64,000 nt of DNA from an uncultured virus (IMG/VR IMGVR_UViG_3300033072_000717). Taxonomy: Duplodnaviria; Heunggongvirae; Uroviricota; Caudoviricetes. A program made the position numbers and the translations under genes. Below the pieces are notes generated by a model. It was not told where the DNA came from. It did no database searches and saw nothing but the letters and a program-made list of their open reading frames with translations. Location of the stretch: the IMG/VR virus record IMGVR_UViG_3300033072_000717. One strand, given 5' to 3'. This document shows positions 62,348 through 64,000 of this stretch, piece by piece (positions within the stretch are counted from its first letter, which is position 1; every line of letters starts with the position of its first letter).

Positions 62348-62670
62348 AAACCAAATTTTCAGCATCCGCCGCATTGCGCACCGGCCCCGCAAAGCGCTAC
62401 CTGCTCGGCTACGTCGCCGGCATTATCTACCAGGGCGGGGAATGGCTGCTTAACTCCGCCGGCGGATGGAGTGACGGCCGGCATGATGCTAGCAAGGAAA
62501 TGCAAGCGCACGTGTGGCCCACCTTTGAGCAGGCCGAAGCCGTTGCGCGCCGGGTTCACTCGGCCAAGTTCCCGGCCTTTGTCCGCGCCTACGCTTACAG
62601 CACCCCAAATCCGGTCAACGCGCGCGGCCTGCCGCCGATTGAGGCGGACCGGGATGCGCTTTTCCTGTAA
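62344..62670 (+). CDS. hypothetical early protein
   Basis: MKT start. Confidence 0.5.
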   Translation: MKTKFSASAALRTGPAKRYLLGYVAGIIYQGGEWLLNSAGGWSDGRHDASKEMQAHVWPTFEQAEAVARRVHSAKFPAFVRAYAYSTPNPVNARGLPPIEADRDALFL

Positions 62671-62683
62671 ACCCAAACGCCGC

Positions 62684-63103
62684 ATGAACGAGGAGCTTGC
62701 ATCCCGCCTGACGGAAATCCTGGGGCGCCGCGTCATTGTTACCACTGAGTGCGGTGTTGGCGTGCTCTGTGCCGAAACAATGCAGTTTCTTCTTTCAACT
62801 TCCCGCGTGCCAAAGACGTTGACCGCTGAATGGCTGGCCCGCGCCATCGAGCGCCGCCAGCGCACCGCCGCCGGCGTGAAAGAGCGCCGGGAAGCCGCAA
62901 AGGCCGCGCTAGTCGCGCACCTGACGGCCAAAGGTGTGCCGTGTGACGGAATGAATATCTATTTCACTGCAACCGGATTCAGCGTGTGCAACTTCTTCCG
63001 CAACGGCATTGCCGAGGCGGAGCGTATAATCCGCGAGTGCGGCATTGAGCCCAAGCGGCTTGAATACTCGCAAGCGCACTGGGTGGTGCGCGTCATTCTT
63101 TGA
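62684..63103 (+). CDS. hypothetical early protein
   Basis: Tightly packed in the operon. Confidence 0.5.
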   Translation: MNEELASRLTEILGRRVIVTTECGVGVLCAETMQFLLSTSRVPKTLTAEWLARAIERRQRTAAGVKERREAAKAALVAHLTAKGVPCDGMNIYFTATGFSVCNFFRNGIAEAERIIRECGIEPKRLEYSQAHWVVRVIL

Positions 63104-63106
63104 ACC

Positions 63107-63340
63107 ATGAAAACATACGCCCAAAGCCTGTCCCCGGCGCTCGCCCGCCTGTTCGGCAATCTGGAAAACGGCAACTTGGCTGACGCCAAGCGCGCCGCCC
63201 GCCGCTATACCGCGTTCCGCCTGGGCATGTTCGCCCGGCAACACCTGTTTTGGTCCTTTGACCGTTCCGTCAAGGCCGCCGCCTACCTGAAAGGTGAAGG
63301 CACGTTTCAGGACTACTGTGACGCGGATCGGGGGGACTGA
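63107..63340 (+). CDS. hypothetical early protein
   Basis: NLENGNLADAKRAA..QDYCDA. Confidence 0.55.
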   Translation: MKTYAQSLSPALARLFGNLENGNLADAKRAARRYTAFRLGMFARQHLFWSFDRSVKAAAYLKGEGTFQDYCDADRGD

Positions 63341-63475
63341 CCTGACATGAAAACCACCCGCAACACCATCCGCGCAGACGGCCCCACCGATGCGGACCTG
63401 CCGGAGCTGTTCCGCGCCCTGGATCGCCTGGCGGATCGCATCTTTGATCGCGAATACACCCCCAACCTATAAAAC

Positions 63476-64000
63476 ATGAAAACCCAAACGACGGCACGCG
63501 CAGCCCACCATCGCGCACTTGAAACCCTCCGCGCCCCAAGCTGCCGGCTCTCCGGCCTGCAACTCTGGCGGCGCCTGCGCCAGCTTGAAAGCACGGCCCA
63601 CCGTGCGGCCACCGCTTTTTGCAACGGCGAGCGCATCAGCCTGGCGTGGGGCCGGGGTGCCCCCGAGGAATATGATTTCCGGGGCGACCCCGAAGCGTGG
63701 CCGCGCGTGGCCGCGCGTGTGCGTGCCGGCCTGCAAGCCGCCTTTGGCCGCATCCCGCACGGCGCCGTCGTCAACGCTGACGCGCGGGGTTGCGCGCTCA
63801 AACTTGATCCCGATGCGACCGCCATCCCTGCGGGGATGCGGACCGACTGGGGCGGCTACGGCCTGCTTGCGGCGGAGATTCATCAACCGAAAAGATCACC
63901 CATGAAACCCACCACCCAGCCGCACGCAGCCGGCCAAGCTGCGCCTTACGCCGGCCATCTAGAGCGCGGCCCCGATCGCATTTACAACGGCCCGACAATC
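63476..64000 (+). CDS. hypothetical early protein, runs off the window (not in the ORF track)
   Basis: LRQLE..AHR.A...CNG..NADARGCALKL..TDWGGYGLLA; no stop before the window end. Confidence 0.6.
   Translation, partial: MKTQTTARAAHHRALETLRAPSCRLSGLQLWRRLRQLESTAHRAATAFCNGERISLAWGRGAPEEYDFRGDPEAWPRVAARVRAGLQAAFGRIPHGAVVNADARGCALKLDPDATAIPAGMRTDWGGYGLLAAEIHQPKRSPMKPTTQPHAAGQAAPYAGHLERGPDRIYNGPTI

Overview
A high-GC tailed-phage (podovirus-like) genome segment, probably most of a genome. The host is tentatively Verrucomicrobiota/Opitutaceae, inferred from a captured oppA-like fragment. Modules: recombination/replication (RecT, DUF2800-type exonuclease, SSB, DnaB_N-AAA helicase, SF2 helicase, VRR-NUC, DUF5664-like dNTP diphosphohydrolase); a virion operon (putative portal, scaffold, a glycosyltransferase/FkbM block, major capsid, tail and ejection proteins including a 1979-aa polyvalent protein with ART-like inserts); terminase; and a non-coding control region with iterons, hairpins and a dif-like site. 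I found no integrase, DNA polymerase, tRNA or CRISPR array. The main observation is four arrays of small genes organised as integron-like cassettes (about 3.2-7.5 kb, 15.3-16.1 kb, 53.4-54.3 kb, 54.9-57.0 kb). They contain about 11 two-armed attC-like hairpins, and most cassettes' two ends are reverse complements. The ORFs lie antisense to the canonical attC strand, and their start/stop codons often sit inside the attC. Three arrays are headed by the same ~45-bp non-hairpin attI-like site. One cassette gene is split by an IS1595-family element (26-bp TIRs, 8-bp TSD) carrying a putative restriction-modification pair. All family assignments come from motifs recognised by eye, not from database searches.
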